From an uncultured Clostridia bacterium (GTDB taxonomy: Bacteria; Bacillota; Clostridia; Christensenellales; UBA1242): a DNA stretch of 64,000 nt. The stretch lies in assembly GCA_944383915.1 (NCBI GenBank), contig CALWRJ010000013.1, positions 28,743 to 92,742 of the forward strand, in the 5' to 3' direction. Below the pieces are notes generated by a model, which ran no database searches, was not told the origin of the DNA, and worked only from the letters and a program-made list of their open reading frames with translations. Position 1 is the first letter of the stretch; every line of letters starts with the position of its first letter. The translations under genes and the position numbers were made by a program. Below are positions 39,929-49,715 of the stretch, one piece after another.

Positions 39929-41728
39929 ATGGCAATTAAAGAACTATTCACCAAATATAAACTCTATACAATACTTTCCATAATCACTTTAGTTTTAATA
40001 ATAAGTGGTGTAGTATTAGGCGTTTCTCTATCAAAAGAAACAAATCAGTCTGCAGGTGCAGCAGTTGGTGATACTTTTACCGTGGGTGATTTAAATTATG
40101 AAATTACAGTTGAAGGTACAAATGGAGAAGGTGAAGTAGAAGTAACAGGACCAACAAGTACTTCTATAACAAGTGCAACAATACCAAGTTCCGTTAGTTA
40201 TGGTGGTGTTAACTATAATGTCACTAGCATAGGAAATAATGCATTTTATAGATGCAATAGTTTAATTTCGGCAACAATTGGAAATGATGTTAAAAGTATA
40301 GGAAATTCAGCATTCGATAGTTGTAGTTTTTTGGAGACAGTAACAATTGGAAACAGGGTTGCAAGCATAGGTCAGACCGCATTTTATTGGTGTACTGGTT
40401 TAATAGCAATATATTTTTATAACGAAATTACAAGTGAAGCATCCATGATAGGTACTTTTGCTTTTTTAAATTATAATTCTGATGTAACATATTACTTTAA
40501 AGACCAAACAAGTCTAAATAATGCAAGAAATGTTCATGGTACTAAATTTTCAAGTACAAATTTTCAACTAATGACTTTCGTAAATATTACTGTAAATAGT
40601 AATAACGAAAACTATGGTACAGTGAGCGATAGTACAGGAAATTATGCGGTCGGAACATCTATTGTCATAAGCGCAACACCAAATGAAAATTGCGGATTTT
40701 TAGGCTGGAGTTTAGATGGTGGAAATTCTATAATTGAAGGTACAGAAAATCAAACTAGTTATGTAGTAAATATAACAAATGATGCAACATATACCGCAGT
40801 ATTCGATATGATTACTTATAACATAACGGTTAATTCGAATAATGGTGTATACGGTTCTGCAAGTGGTGGTGGACAATTACCACAAGGAGCAAATACACTA
40901 ACCGCCACGGCAGACCCTAATTATCAACTTGTAGGTTGGAGTTTGGACGGTGGGCAAACATTGTTAGGTGACAGTATAGGAATGACTAATTACACAATCA
41001 CAGTAACTCAAGACGCAACATACACCGCAGTGTTTGAGCCTATTGTAACAATCACATCACTAAACAGTGGAGCAGAGTTTACTATAATTCGTGAAAGTGT
41101 AGACAATGTAGTACATAGTTATGTAATCCAAATGAACAGCGGATACTATATCAACGGAATATATGCTGCAAACACTGCCACACAACCGACCACAAATGAT
41201 TTTACAAAAATCAAATCAATAGACGGTTATCTACAAAACGATTATAGCACCGTAATACACTACATCACCAACACCACAGGCACGCAACTAATACTAGAAA
41301 TATACAACATAGGCGAACCCTTCACAATATACTTAGATTTTGTAACCACCGTCCAAAACTTTAAAGCAGGAGGCTCAATAGAAGGCATAGCATTATCGGT
41401 TAAATATCAGGGTAGTGAAATAGACCTAGTCGTAGCAGGTAGTGCTAAAATACTCGGCTACACCACAATAAACGGACTAGAAACAGTTAATGTAGTAGCG
41501 CAAGCGTACACAGACTATACCTTCTTAGGTTGGCAGATAGACGGTGAGTACATAACATACCAAGACGAAACAAGCGGAGAAACAATAACCCTCCAAGGCT
41601 ATGACTACATTAGCGCTAGTATTCCCTTATCCGTAATAGACGGAAAACAAGTAATAGCGGTATTCACTTCAACTGCCGAACTCAACGCCAACGACCAAAC
41701 AAATAGCGTAAACAGTGGTGTGATGTAA
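39929..41728 (+). CDS. Surface protein: BspA-type LRR, two InlB-B-like repeats and a conserved C-terminal domain
   Basis: Signal peptide; SIG..AF..C..L LRRs; two NITVNSNN..YG...GWSLDGG...DATYTAVF repeats. Confidence 0.88.
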   Translation: MAIKELFTKYKLYTILSIITLVLIISGVVLGVSLSKETNQSAGAAVGDTFTVGDLNYEITVEGTNGEGEVEVTGPTSTSITSATIPSSVSYGGVNYNVTSIGNNAFYRCNSLISATIGNDVKSIGNSAFDSCSFLETVTIGNRVASIGQTAFYWCTGLIAIYFYNEITSEASMIGTFAFLNYNSDVTYYFKDQTSLNNARNVHGTKFSSTNFQLMTFVNITVNSNNENYGTVSDSTGNYAVGTSIVISATPNENCGFLGWSLDGGNSIIEGTENQTSYVVNITNDATYTAVFDMITYNITVNSNNGVYGSASGGGQLPQGANTLTATADPNYQLVGWSLDGGQTLLGDSIGMTNYTITVTQDATYTAVFEPIVTITSLNSGAEFTIIRESVDNVVHSYVIQMNSGYYINGIYAANTATQPTTNDFTKIKSIDGYLQNDYSTVIHYITNTTGTQLILEIYNIGEPFTIYLDFVTTVQNFKAGGSIEGIALSVKYQGSEIDLVVAGSAKILGYTTINGLETVNVVAQAYTDYTFLGWQIDGEYITYQDETSGETITLQGYDYISASIPLSVIDGKQVIAVFTSTAELNANDQTNSVNSGVM

Positions 41729-41762
41729 TATGATAATTTTATAAAAAACATCTAAAACAACG

Positions 41763-41811
41763 CAACTAAACCGCTAACGACCAAACAGACAGCGGAAACC
41801 ACGATTTTTAA
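41763..41811 (+). repeat. Relic duplicate of the surface-protein C-terminal tail (ANDQTDSGNHDF*)
   Basis: GCTAACGACCAAACAGACAGCGGAAAC vs GCCAACGACCAAACAAATAGCGTAAAC inside the CDS. Confidence 0.8.
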
Positions 41812-41869
41812 TTAAAAAATTCACTTCACATTACAAAAACTCACTTTAAAACGAAGTGAGTTTTTAATG

Positions 41870-42005
41870 TTATTAGTAATTAGGAATTTTTAATTAAGGA
41901 AGGAATTTAATATTATTTTATACCCAGCAATAACTGCTAATTGCTCATTGCTAATTCTTGCGTAGCAAGTAAAATTGCTAATTGCTAATTTGAGCGTAGC
42001 GAATA
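41870..42005. repeat. Heptamer-repeat intergenic element related to 12051-12350
   Basis: (AATTGCT)n, TATACCCA.CAATAACTGCTAA, GAGCGTAGCG. Confidence 0.7.
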
Positions 42006-42013
42006 AATAAATT

Positions 42014-42502
42014 TTAATATGTAGGGGCGGGGAAACAATTACCGTCTGGACAATTGATTTCATAATTTTGCGTTGTTTCATTATTCAAAACGGAATTTTG
42101 TTCATTTTGATTAGTATCAAGCATATTATTTTCGCTTGCATTGTTTAAATTATTAGTTTCAATATTATTTGAGTTTGATTGCGAAACTATATCATTTTGT
42201 TGATTTTCATTTTGATTGAAATCGTCTAAATTTTGAGTTTGCTGAACACTTGGTTCACTTTTATTTGGCGCGTTTGTTTCTGGCGGATTTAGGACATCGG
42301 TCATCCAAACTTGCGCACCAAAAACTAGCGCAAAAGTAGCCAGAAAGGTAAAATAAACCGCTATACCAACTTTCTTTTTAGTTGAAATCAAAGGCTCTTT
42401 TTTTGCTTCCTTTTTCTCTTTTTCTTTTTCAATTTTACCGCCTGCTTTTGCTGTTTTTGCAGTCGTTTTCGCTTCTTTATTTTTACTTTTTTTCGTTGCC
42501 AT
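42014..42502 (-). CDS. Single-TM protein with Lys-rich N-terminus and Asn/Gln-rich tail, probably forespore-expressed
   Basis: AGGAG RBS; GTATA-N17-CAAATTA promoter. Confidence 0.7.
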   Translation of the reverse strand: MATKKSKNKEAKTTAKTAKAGGKIEKEKEKKEAKKEPLISTKKKVGIAVYFTFLATFALVFGAQVWMTDVLNPPETNAPNKSEPSVQQTQNLDDFNQNENQQNDIVSQSNSNNIETNNLNNASENNMLDTNQNEQNSVLNNETTQNYEINCPDGNCFPAPTY

Positions 42503-42584
42503 AAAGATACTCCTAAAATTTTCTACATATAATTTGCGGAATAAAAATAAAATTATACATAAAAAGCAACAAAAAAATAAAGCC

Positions 42585-43379
42585 CTACGACTTTATTCTA
42601 TAAATATTGCCAACGCTATGTTGTTTTGCGATGTCTACATAAATTTCTTTTGCCAGTTCGCCACCATTTCGCGCCACTGTATCATTTAGAGCCTTTAAAA
42701 CAAGTTCTGGCGTGTTATTTTCCTCGCTTAAATGCGCCGCAATCAACCCACGAATACCATAACCAAGCATCTTTAATACGGCTTCAGCGCTATCTTTATT
42801 GTTTAAATGCCCGCGCTTTGATAAAATTCGCTGTTTTAGATAAATAGGGTATCTAGGGTTATTCATAAGGCGGGGAATATCGTGGTTCGCTTCAAGTATA
42901 ACCAAACTGCTATCTGCTAAATTTTTAATAATTCCATCATTAATAAAACCTAAATCTGTCGCGTAACTAATCTTTTTGTTGCCATCGTATACACTATAAC
43001 CTAAGCAGTGCGCCGAATCGTGAGAAACATCGAAAGGGTGAATTGCTAATTCATTTATATAAAAATCATTTCCATATATGCCAATTCGATTTTCAGGAGA
43101 AAGGATGCCAACTTTTTCTTGCATAGCGCTCCAAGTGTCTGGGTGTGCAAAAATTTTACAGTTGTGCGCGCGCGCAAATGTCCCCAAGCCTTTTATGTGG
43201 TCGTTATGCTCGTGAGTTACTATTATACTATCAATAGAATTAGGTTCAACACCAATAATTTTTAGCCTTTTTTCAAGTTCACTCTTAGTTAATCCAGCAT
43301 CGATTAAAATGCGAGTTTGTTCACCTTCGATAAAGGTGCTGTTGCCTTTACTTCCGCTCGCTAATACACATACACGCAT
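42585..43379 (-). CDS. MBL-fold metallo-hydrolase (WalJ/YycJ family)
   Basis: LASGSKGN, THEHNDH, SHD, TDLG, EANHD, HLSEENN. Confidence 0.92.
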   Translation of the reverse strand: MRVCVLASGSKGNSTFIEGEQTRILIDAGLTKSELEKRLKIIGVEPNSIDSIIVTHEHNDHIKGLGTFARAHNCKIFAHPDTWSAMQEKVGILSPENRIGIYGNDFYINELAIHPFDVSHDSAHCLGYSVYDGNKKISYATDLGFINDGIIKNLADSSLVILEANHDIPRLMNNPRYPIYLKQRILSKRGHLNNKDSAEAVLKMLGYGIRGLIAAHLSEENNTPELVLKALNDTVARNGGELAKEIYVDIAKQHSVGNIYRIKS

Positions 43380-43422
43380 TATTTTTGTCCTTTTAAGTAT
43401 TTTAAAAAGGCGAATTTACGCC

Positions 43423-44214
43423 TTATTTTGCATACATTTTGTATAAAATTTTTAAAACAAGTTTTTCAGGTAGTATTCGATTTAAAAACCTAAATAATTT
43501 GTATTTTGTGCCAACGGTTTTTGTCGCTGGCATTTTCTTTTTTTCAACGACTTTGCATATTTCAGTTGCGACTTCGTGCGGGGTCATACCATTTGCTTCA
43601 TCTTGCTCCATTCGAGCAACACTTCTTTTACTACGCTCACCGTAGACTTCGTCATTTTCAAGTTCCGTTTTTGCACGATTTTTAGTGAAATTAGTCTTAA
43701 CATCACCAGGCATAACACAACAAACTTGTACACCTAGTGGGCGTAACTCATTTTTAAGCGCCAAACTAAAACCAAGTACGCCGTATTTTGTGGCGGTATA
43801 AAGTGCTTGAAAGGGGAGAGCAAAATAAGATGCAACCGAGCCGATATTAATTATAAAGCCCTTTGTTTCGCGCAAAGCAGGGAGTGCGCAAGAGCACATA
43901 TTGATGACTCCTAATAAGTTTACATCGATAATGCGTTCTATATCCTCGGCAGGTTCGCGCTCAACAGCACCACTAATTCCTACGCCCGCATTATTAATTA
44001 TTCCGTCAATTTTGCCAACTTCATCTAAAATCGTAGTCAACGCAAAATAGACGGATTCGCGTTCCGCCACATTACACGCGACAAATTTAATTCGCTCATC
44101 GTTCGGTTTTTCACGAGAAAGTGAATACACCAAATAACCTTTTTCGATAAGTTGTTGCGCGGTCGCAAGTCCAATTCCACTTGAACCGCCTGTGATAACA
44201 ATTACTTTTTTCAT
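43423..44214 (-). CDS. Short-chain dehydrogenase/reductase
   Basis: TGGSSGIG, NNAG, YTATK. Confidence 0.95.
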   Translation of the reverse strand: MKKVIVITGGSSGIGLATAQQLIEKGYLVYSLSREKPNDERIKFVACNVAERESVYFALTTILDEVGKIDGIINNAGVGISGAVEREPAEDIERIIDVNLLGVINMCSCALPALRETKGFIINIGSVASYFALPFQALYTATKYGVLGFSLALKNELRPLGVQVCCVMPGDVKTNFTKNRAKTELENDEVYGERSKRSVARMEQDEANGMTPHEVATEICKVVEKKKMPATKTVGTKYKLFRFLNRILPEKLVLKILYKMYAK

Positions 44215-44364
44215 AATACTTGATTATAGCACAAATTTTTTATTTTGCAAAGTTTTAACAAAAGATTTCAAGATTTCTCAAAATTTCCCAAAAACTTGCA
44301 ATTTATTTTATTCTAAAAATTTTGCGAACTTTCTCACAAGTCTTATAATTTTTATAAGGAGCGT

Positions 44365-46644
44365 GTGATGAATAAAAAAATTCTTTATCCTACTATTAAG
44401 TATGTGTTATTTTTTGCATTGTTATACATTTTACAATGTGCAAGTATTCAAGAAATACATCCTTTTGCTTTTGGAATGCTGTTTGCACTAGTGTGGTGCA
44501 ATCAAAAAATTTATATTTTAGCGCCGATGTATTTGCTCGCTGGCTTTTTGTGCAGTTTTGATTTGACTCATCTATTAATTGATTTAATTTGCGTGATTGT
44601 ATTTAGTCTGGCATATTTTTTGCATTATAAATTTAAAAAGCCCCTGCGTCCGTGGCTAATAGGGATATACGCATTTCTTTCGCAATTTGGTATGCTTTAT
44701 TTTAGTTTTACAAACCCAGATACAGTATTTTCAGGAATTGTAACTCTAATTTTAGGTATGATTGCAATGTATGCATACCTTCATATTCTACAAAGTGTAA
44801 TTTTGCGCGGGGTAAGGCGAAAATTTTTAATAGACGAAGTAATTTCCGCTGGGGTGCTAGTATTTGCTGTCGGTGTTGGACTTTATTCTATTCCAATGGG
44901 TGAATATATCTATTTTGGGATTTTAGCATTTTTTGTGCTTTTCATAGGGTATGTTTTTGATGCTACCACATTACTATTGTTTGCTCTTGCAATAGGGCTT
45001 GGCGCTTCATTTTCCGCAGAACAATTTTTATATGTTTCTCAAAGTCTAATGCTCGCGCTAGCCGTTTGTGCTACAAAAAGTACAAAACGAGTATTATCGT
45101 GTATTGCTGTCGTGCTGGTTGATATAATTGTAGGGCTATATTTCTTGCCAAGTTATACACTATACAATTTGCTCGCAACTATGCTTGGGGTGGTGCTCTT
45201 TATTTTAATACCAAATAGAACGATTGAAAAGATTATCTCATTCACTATTGCAGAAAATGAGTATACCGCTGTCCGTTCTATTATCAATCGAAATCGAAAA
45301 AATCTATGTAATAGGCTATATGAGTTGAGTGAAGTTTTCTCTAATATGAAAAGCGCATTTAATGGTATGGTAAATAAAAATTACGATTTCGATACCGCAA
45401 ATGAATACCTAGCAAGCGAAGTAAAACAGCAAATGTGTTTAAGCTGTGCAAATAAAAATGAGTGCCTCCGCATTCAAGCAACAGATACCGACCGTGCTAT
45501 ACGCGAAATGCTCCAATTCGCATACGACCGTGGCAAAGTTACTCTTATTGATGTTCCCGCTAACTTATGCGCACATTGCCAAAAGTTGAATGCCTTGATT
45601 GGTTTAGTTAATAATCTAGTTAGTGAATATAAGACTAATTTACAGGGTAAAAGAAATTTAGACAGTGGGCGTTTGCTATTAGGCGACCAAATGTACGGTG
45701 TATCTGAAATTATGAAGTCGCTTGCTACCGAAGTATCTTTAAATATTTCGTTTGACTCTAATTTAGAGCAAAAAATTATTGAAAATCTAATGTATGAAGG
45801 CGTTGTTTGTAGCGAAGCTGTCGTTTATCATAAACAAGAAAAAATATATAGCATTACACTTGTTTTAAAAAAGAGTAATTTTGAAAAAAATCTTTGTAAC
45901 AAGATAATTTCAAAAACTCTAAATATCCCTATGGAAGTTACTTCTGTAACAAATGGCGAAAAGGCAGGGTATGTGGTTGTTAGTATGGAAAACGCCTCTC
46001 GATATGATATAATTTTTGGTTCTGCGGGGGCGGTTATGGCGGACAGTCAAAAAAGCGGAGATACGCATTCCGTTTTAAAACTTAAAGACCGCAAAATTTT
46101 GCTTGCGCTTTCAGACGGAATGGGGAGTGGTATAAATGCCGAACGGACCAGCAGTATGGCACTAGGGTTAATTGAAAATTTTTACCGTGCTGGTTTTGAT
46201 AATAGCCTAATTTTATCTAGCGTAAATAAACTTTTAAGTTTAAGCGGTGAGGAAACATTTACTGCTATTGATGTGGCAGTATTAGATTTATTTGACGGTA
46301 CTTGCGATATGATAAAACTAGGTTCTCCCGTAACTTATATAAAACGACAAAATGATTTTATAAGACTTGATGCAGGGGCGATGCCATTAGGTATATTAGA
46401 CGAATTAAAGCCAAATATTCGCTCGTTTACTTTAAATGATGGTGATATGCTCGTTTTACTTACTGACGGAGTAAGTGACGCTTTTTCAAATTTAGATGAA
46501 CTAGATGAAATAATTAGTACGTTAGATACGACAAATCCGCAAATTTTAGCAAATAAAATTTTAGATACCGCACTTCAAAAATCGAAAAACTACCCACTAG
46601 ATGATATGACCGTCTTAATTTGTAGGATATTTTCGAAGTTTTAA
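44365..46644 (+). CDS. spoIIE: Stage II sporulation protein E (PP2C phosphatase)
   Basis: About 10 TMs, CxxC motifs, SGD, LSDGMGSG, TDG, DDMT; upstream of tilS. Confidence 0.92.
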   Translation: MMNKKILYPTIKYVLFFALLYILQCASIQEIHPFAFGMLFALVWCNQKIYILAPMYLLAGFLCSFDLTHLLIDLICVIVFSLAYFLHYKFKKPLRPWLIGIYAFLSQFGMLYFSFTNPDTVFSGIVTLILGMIAMYAYLHILQSVILRGVRRKFLIDEVISAGVLVFAVGVGLYSIPMGEYIYFGILAFFVLFIGYVFDATTLLLFALAIGLGASFSAEQFLYVSQSLMLALAVCATKSTKRVLSCIAVVLVDIIVGLYFLPSYTLYNLLATMLGVVLFILIPNRTIEKIISFTIAENEYTAVRSIINRNRKNLCNRLYELSEVFSNMKSAFNGMVNKNYDFDTANEYLASEVKQQMCLSCANKNECLRIQATDTDRAIREMLQFAYDRGKVTLIDVPANLCAHCQKLNALIGLVNNLVSEYKTNLQGKRNLDSGRLLLGDQMYGVSEIMKSLATEVSLNISFDSNLEQKIIENLMYEGVVCSEAVVYHKQEKIYSITLVLKKSNFEKNLCNKIISKTLNIPMEVTSVTNGEKAGYVVVSMENASRYDIIFGSAGAVMADSQKSGDTHSVLKLKDRKILLALSDGMGSGINAERTSSMALGLIENFYRAGFDNSLILSSVNKLLSLSGEETFTAIDVAVLDLFDGTCDMIKLGSPVTYIKRQNDFIRLDAGAMPLGILDELKPNIRSFTLNDGDMLVLLTDGVSDAFSNLDELDEIISTLDTTNPQILANKILDTALQKSKNYPLDDMTVLICRIFSKF

Positions 46645-46713
46645 CATTAATTTCCCTTTCTCTATTGAATTAACCTTTATTTTATTGTATAATATAATTA
46701 AGGAGAACAAAAT

Positions 46714-48057
46714 ATGGAGAAAGTTATTGATTTCATCTTATCACAAAAATTTTTTAAACCAGGCAGTTTGGTTGGTATTGGTGTTAGTGGCGGTTCAGAT
46801 AGTATGGCTTTACTTCACTTACTAAATGCAAACAAGGAAAAACTCGATATAGACATTGTTGCAATCAATGTAATTCACGGCACGCGCGAGCGCGATGAAG
46901 CAGAAGCCATTTTTGTAGAAGATTACTGTAAAGAACACCATATCCGTTTCCATAAGTTTAGAGTAGAAGCAGGGTTGCTTGCTAAACAAAAAGGAATGGG
47001 GCTAGAGGAGGCTTGCAGAACCGCTCGTTATGGCGTTTTTGATAGTTTGAGGAAACGAGGGATTGTTGATTATATCGCACTTGCTCATCATCAACGCGAC
47101 CAAGCCGAAACAATTCTTATGCACATTTTACGCGGTAGTGGGCTAAAAGGGGCTGGTGGAATGGACTATGTCCGCGATGATTATTATGTTCGTCCGCTAT
47201 TAGATACTGATAAAGATAGTATTATGCGTTATGTATATGAAAATGAGATTCCATATCTCGAGGACGAGACGAATCAAGATACAACTATTTCGCGAAATCT
47301 AATTAGACAAGTTGTTATGCCAGAATTAAGGCGTGTTTGGCCTAATCTCGATAGGACACTATCAAATTTTGGTAAGACTTGTAAGGAAGATGACAAAGTT
47401 ATTCGCGATAGCATAAATTTCGATGCCGTTCTTTATCGAGAAAATGTAGTGAAAATTCCGCTTACTTATTTTGTGTACAGCAATTCTTATATTTTTAGAC
47501 TAATTGATGATTGTTTAAATAAATTAGGAATTACGCAAAATTTTGAACGCAAGCATTTTGTAATGATTCGCGATTTAGTAAAGGCGGAAAACGGAACAAA
47601 GATTGATTTACCAGAAAATGTTACAGCGTTTAAAGAATATGAGTATATTACTCTTTCACATAAAAAGCCTAAAATTGAAATTAACACAGAATGGGACTTT
47701 AAAATCGGTACAATAAAATTTGGTGATTATGGCAAACTAACTGTTAAACGTGCAAAGAATCCTGAAAAAGTTGAAGGGTATTTACTTGTAGACCTTGATA
47801 AAATCCCACCAAATGCAGTTTGGCGCGTTCGCAAAGAAGGTGATTTTATCGAAAAGTTTGGTGGTGGTATTCGTAAAATAAAAAGTTATCTAAATGATAA
47901 AAAAGTGCCCGCAAGAATTAGAAATTATTTACCTGTGCTAGCGGTTGGAAGTGAAGTGTATGCAGTCGCTGGTGTTGATATAAGTGAACAATTAAGAGTG
48001 ACAGATGAAACTAAACATTGTGGTTTAATTAAGTATGATATGCAAAATTGGGTATAA
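46714..48057 (+). CDS. tilS: tRNA(Ile)-lysidine synthetase
   Basis: SGGSDS, AHHQRDQAET, RPLL. Confidence 0.96.
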   Translation: MEKVIDFILSQKFFKPGSLVGIGVSGGSDSMALLHLLNANKEKLDIDIVAINVIHGTRERDEAEAIFVEDYCKEHHIRFHKFRVEAGLLAKQKGMGLEEACRTARYGVFDSLRKRGIVDYIALAHHQRDQAETILMHILRGSGLKGAGGMDYVRDDYYVRPLLDTDKDSIMRYVYENEIPYLEDETNQDTTISRNLIRQVVMPELRRVWPNLDRTLSNFGKTCKEDDKVIRDSINFDAVLYRENVVKIPLTYFVYSNSYIFRLIDDCLNKLGITQNFERKHFVMIRDLVKAENGTKIDLPENVTAFKEYEYITLSHKKPKIEINTEWDFKIGTIKFGDYGKLTVKRAKNPEKVEGYLLVDLDKIPPNAVWRVRKEGDFIEKFGGGIRKIKSYLNDKKVPARIRNYLPVLAVGSEVYAVAGVDISEQLRVTDETKHCGLIKYDMQNWV

Positions 48058-48152
48058 AAGCCCAATTTTTTATATTTTTCTTTGACAAAGCCGTTTAATA
48101 ATGATATATTATTTCTATAATATTTAACTAGATATACTTTAGGTGTGTTGGT

Positions 48153-49715
48153 ATGGACGACAAAGAACAAAAGAAACCGCTAAAAGAGGTAACTCAGCCT
48201 ATCTTGTTTTCAAACAAGACTTTTTCTGCTTGCCATTTAAAATTGAAGTTTTATTCTAATAAACAAGGCGCAAAAAAATCACAAGATGAATTTAAATTAA
48301 CTACTAATGATATAGTTGCCGAAGATAACAAAAAAGATATTTTATCCGAAACAATAACAACAGAAAATGCCATACCACACCTTTTAGAAGAGGCGACCAA
48401 AGATGCCGAAGTAAAAGAGTCTATGGAATCTACCATAGATTCGGTTAAAAAACAACAAACCAACAAAAAACGATGGCTTAATGTAGGTTTTTTGTTACTT
48501 AACCTAGCAATTTTAGCAATAATATTTTATTTCCAATTTACAAATGAAGCCCCTGTTTCTTTTGGTGAATTATTATCAAGTAGGGTAAATTGGTGGTGGC
48601 TAATTGTTGCAGTATTATTATTCTTTTTAGTAAATGTCGTTGATTCTTTAAGAGTATATTTTGCTATTAAAAAAGTTTCAGGGCGGAGTCGACCGTGGCT
48701 TAGTTTTAAAAGCACTATTTGTTGTAGGTTTTACGATGCCATAACTCCTTTAGCAACAGGTGGTCAACCTTTCCAAGCCTTTTATTTAAACAAGCGTGGA
48801 CTTAATGCAAGTAGTGCTACAAGTGTTCCGCTAGCAAAGTATATCTATGCGCAAGTTACTTATATGGTATTTAGTATAATTATACTAGTACTAGGAAGTG
48901 GAATCGTTGTCGATTTGGTAACTTCACCACTTGTTTTATCATTATGCTACATAGGACTTGCTCTAAACCTTGTTTTAATTTTAGCAATTGTATTCCTTTC
49001 TGTTAGTAAAAAAGTTGCTCCGCGTATGATGTTTGGTATACTAAAAATGCTCAAATGGATGCACTTAATAAAGGACTCACGCACAACATTTAAGAAAGTT
49101 ATGCGCGTAGTTAAGGACTATATCAAAACATTTAGAATGTTTATGACAAGTGGTTGGCTTGTTTTTGTAGAGTTTTTACTAAGTATATTGTTTTTACTAT
49201 TAAACTATTCAATCGCATTTGCTATTTATTGTGTTTTCTGTGAATTTGATATCAGTATGTGGTATACTTGTCTTGTACTACAATTAGTGTGCGACCTTGC
49301 TATTAGTTTTATTCCAATTCCGGGTGGTGCTGGTACAGCAGAACTATCATTCCAGTCGCTTTTTGCCTCATTTTTCCCGTCAAGCGTCTTTGTTTGGGCG
49401 ATACTATTTTATAGAATCTTGACTTATTATGGATACTTAATTCAAGGTGGCTTGTTACTTCTTTATGATTTTGCAATTGGTAACAAAAAAATCGAGCCTA
49501 TGCTACAACGCTTTAAAGACGAGGACCGGCGAGCCAAAGAAAGTAATCTTGTAAAAATGCTAGAAGCAAATGGTCAATCTATTGATACGGACACTGAAAA
49601 ATTGTTAGAACAAAATAATTTGGTAGATGATAATTCACCGCCGCAAGATGATGCGGAGGATACAAAAAATAAGGAGTTAGATAATGGAACAGGATTATCC
49701 GATAAACAACAATAA
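48153..49715 (+). CDS. UPF0104/lysylphosphatidylglycerol synthase TM-family (flippase-like) protein
   Basis: ITP.ATGGQPFQ, PIPGGAG.AE, YR.LTYY. Confidence 0.85.
   Translation: MDDKEQKKPLKEVTQPILFSNKTFSACHLKLKFYSNKQGAKKSQDEFKLTTNDIVAEDNKKDILSETITTENAIPHLLEEATKDAEVKESMESTIDSVKKQQTNKKRWLNVGFLLLNLAILAIIFYFQFTNEAPVSFGELLSSRVNWWWLIVAVLLFFLVNVVDSLRVYFAIKKVSGRSRPWLSFKSTICCRFYDAITPLATGGQPFQAFYLNKRGLNASSATSVPLAKYIYAQVTYMVFSIIILVLGSGIVVDLVTSPLVLSLCYIGLALNLVLILAIVFLSVSKKVAPRMMFGILKMLKWMHLIKDSRTTFKKVMRVVKDYIKTFRMFMTSGWLVFVEFLLSILFLLLNYSIAFAIYCVFCEFDISMWYTCLVLQLVCDLAISFIPIPGGAGTAELSFQSLFASFFPSSVFVWAILFYRILTYYGYLIQGGLLLLYDFAIGNKKIEPMLQRFKDEDRRAKESNLVKMLEANGQSIDTDTEKLLEQNNLVDDNSPPQDDAEDTKNKELDNGTGLSDKQQ

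Noticed and set aside
41681-41811. DGR template/variable repeat pair
   Set aside because: The match is under 50 bp, differences are not confined to adenines, and no reverse transcriptase is in the window.
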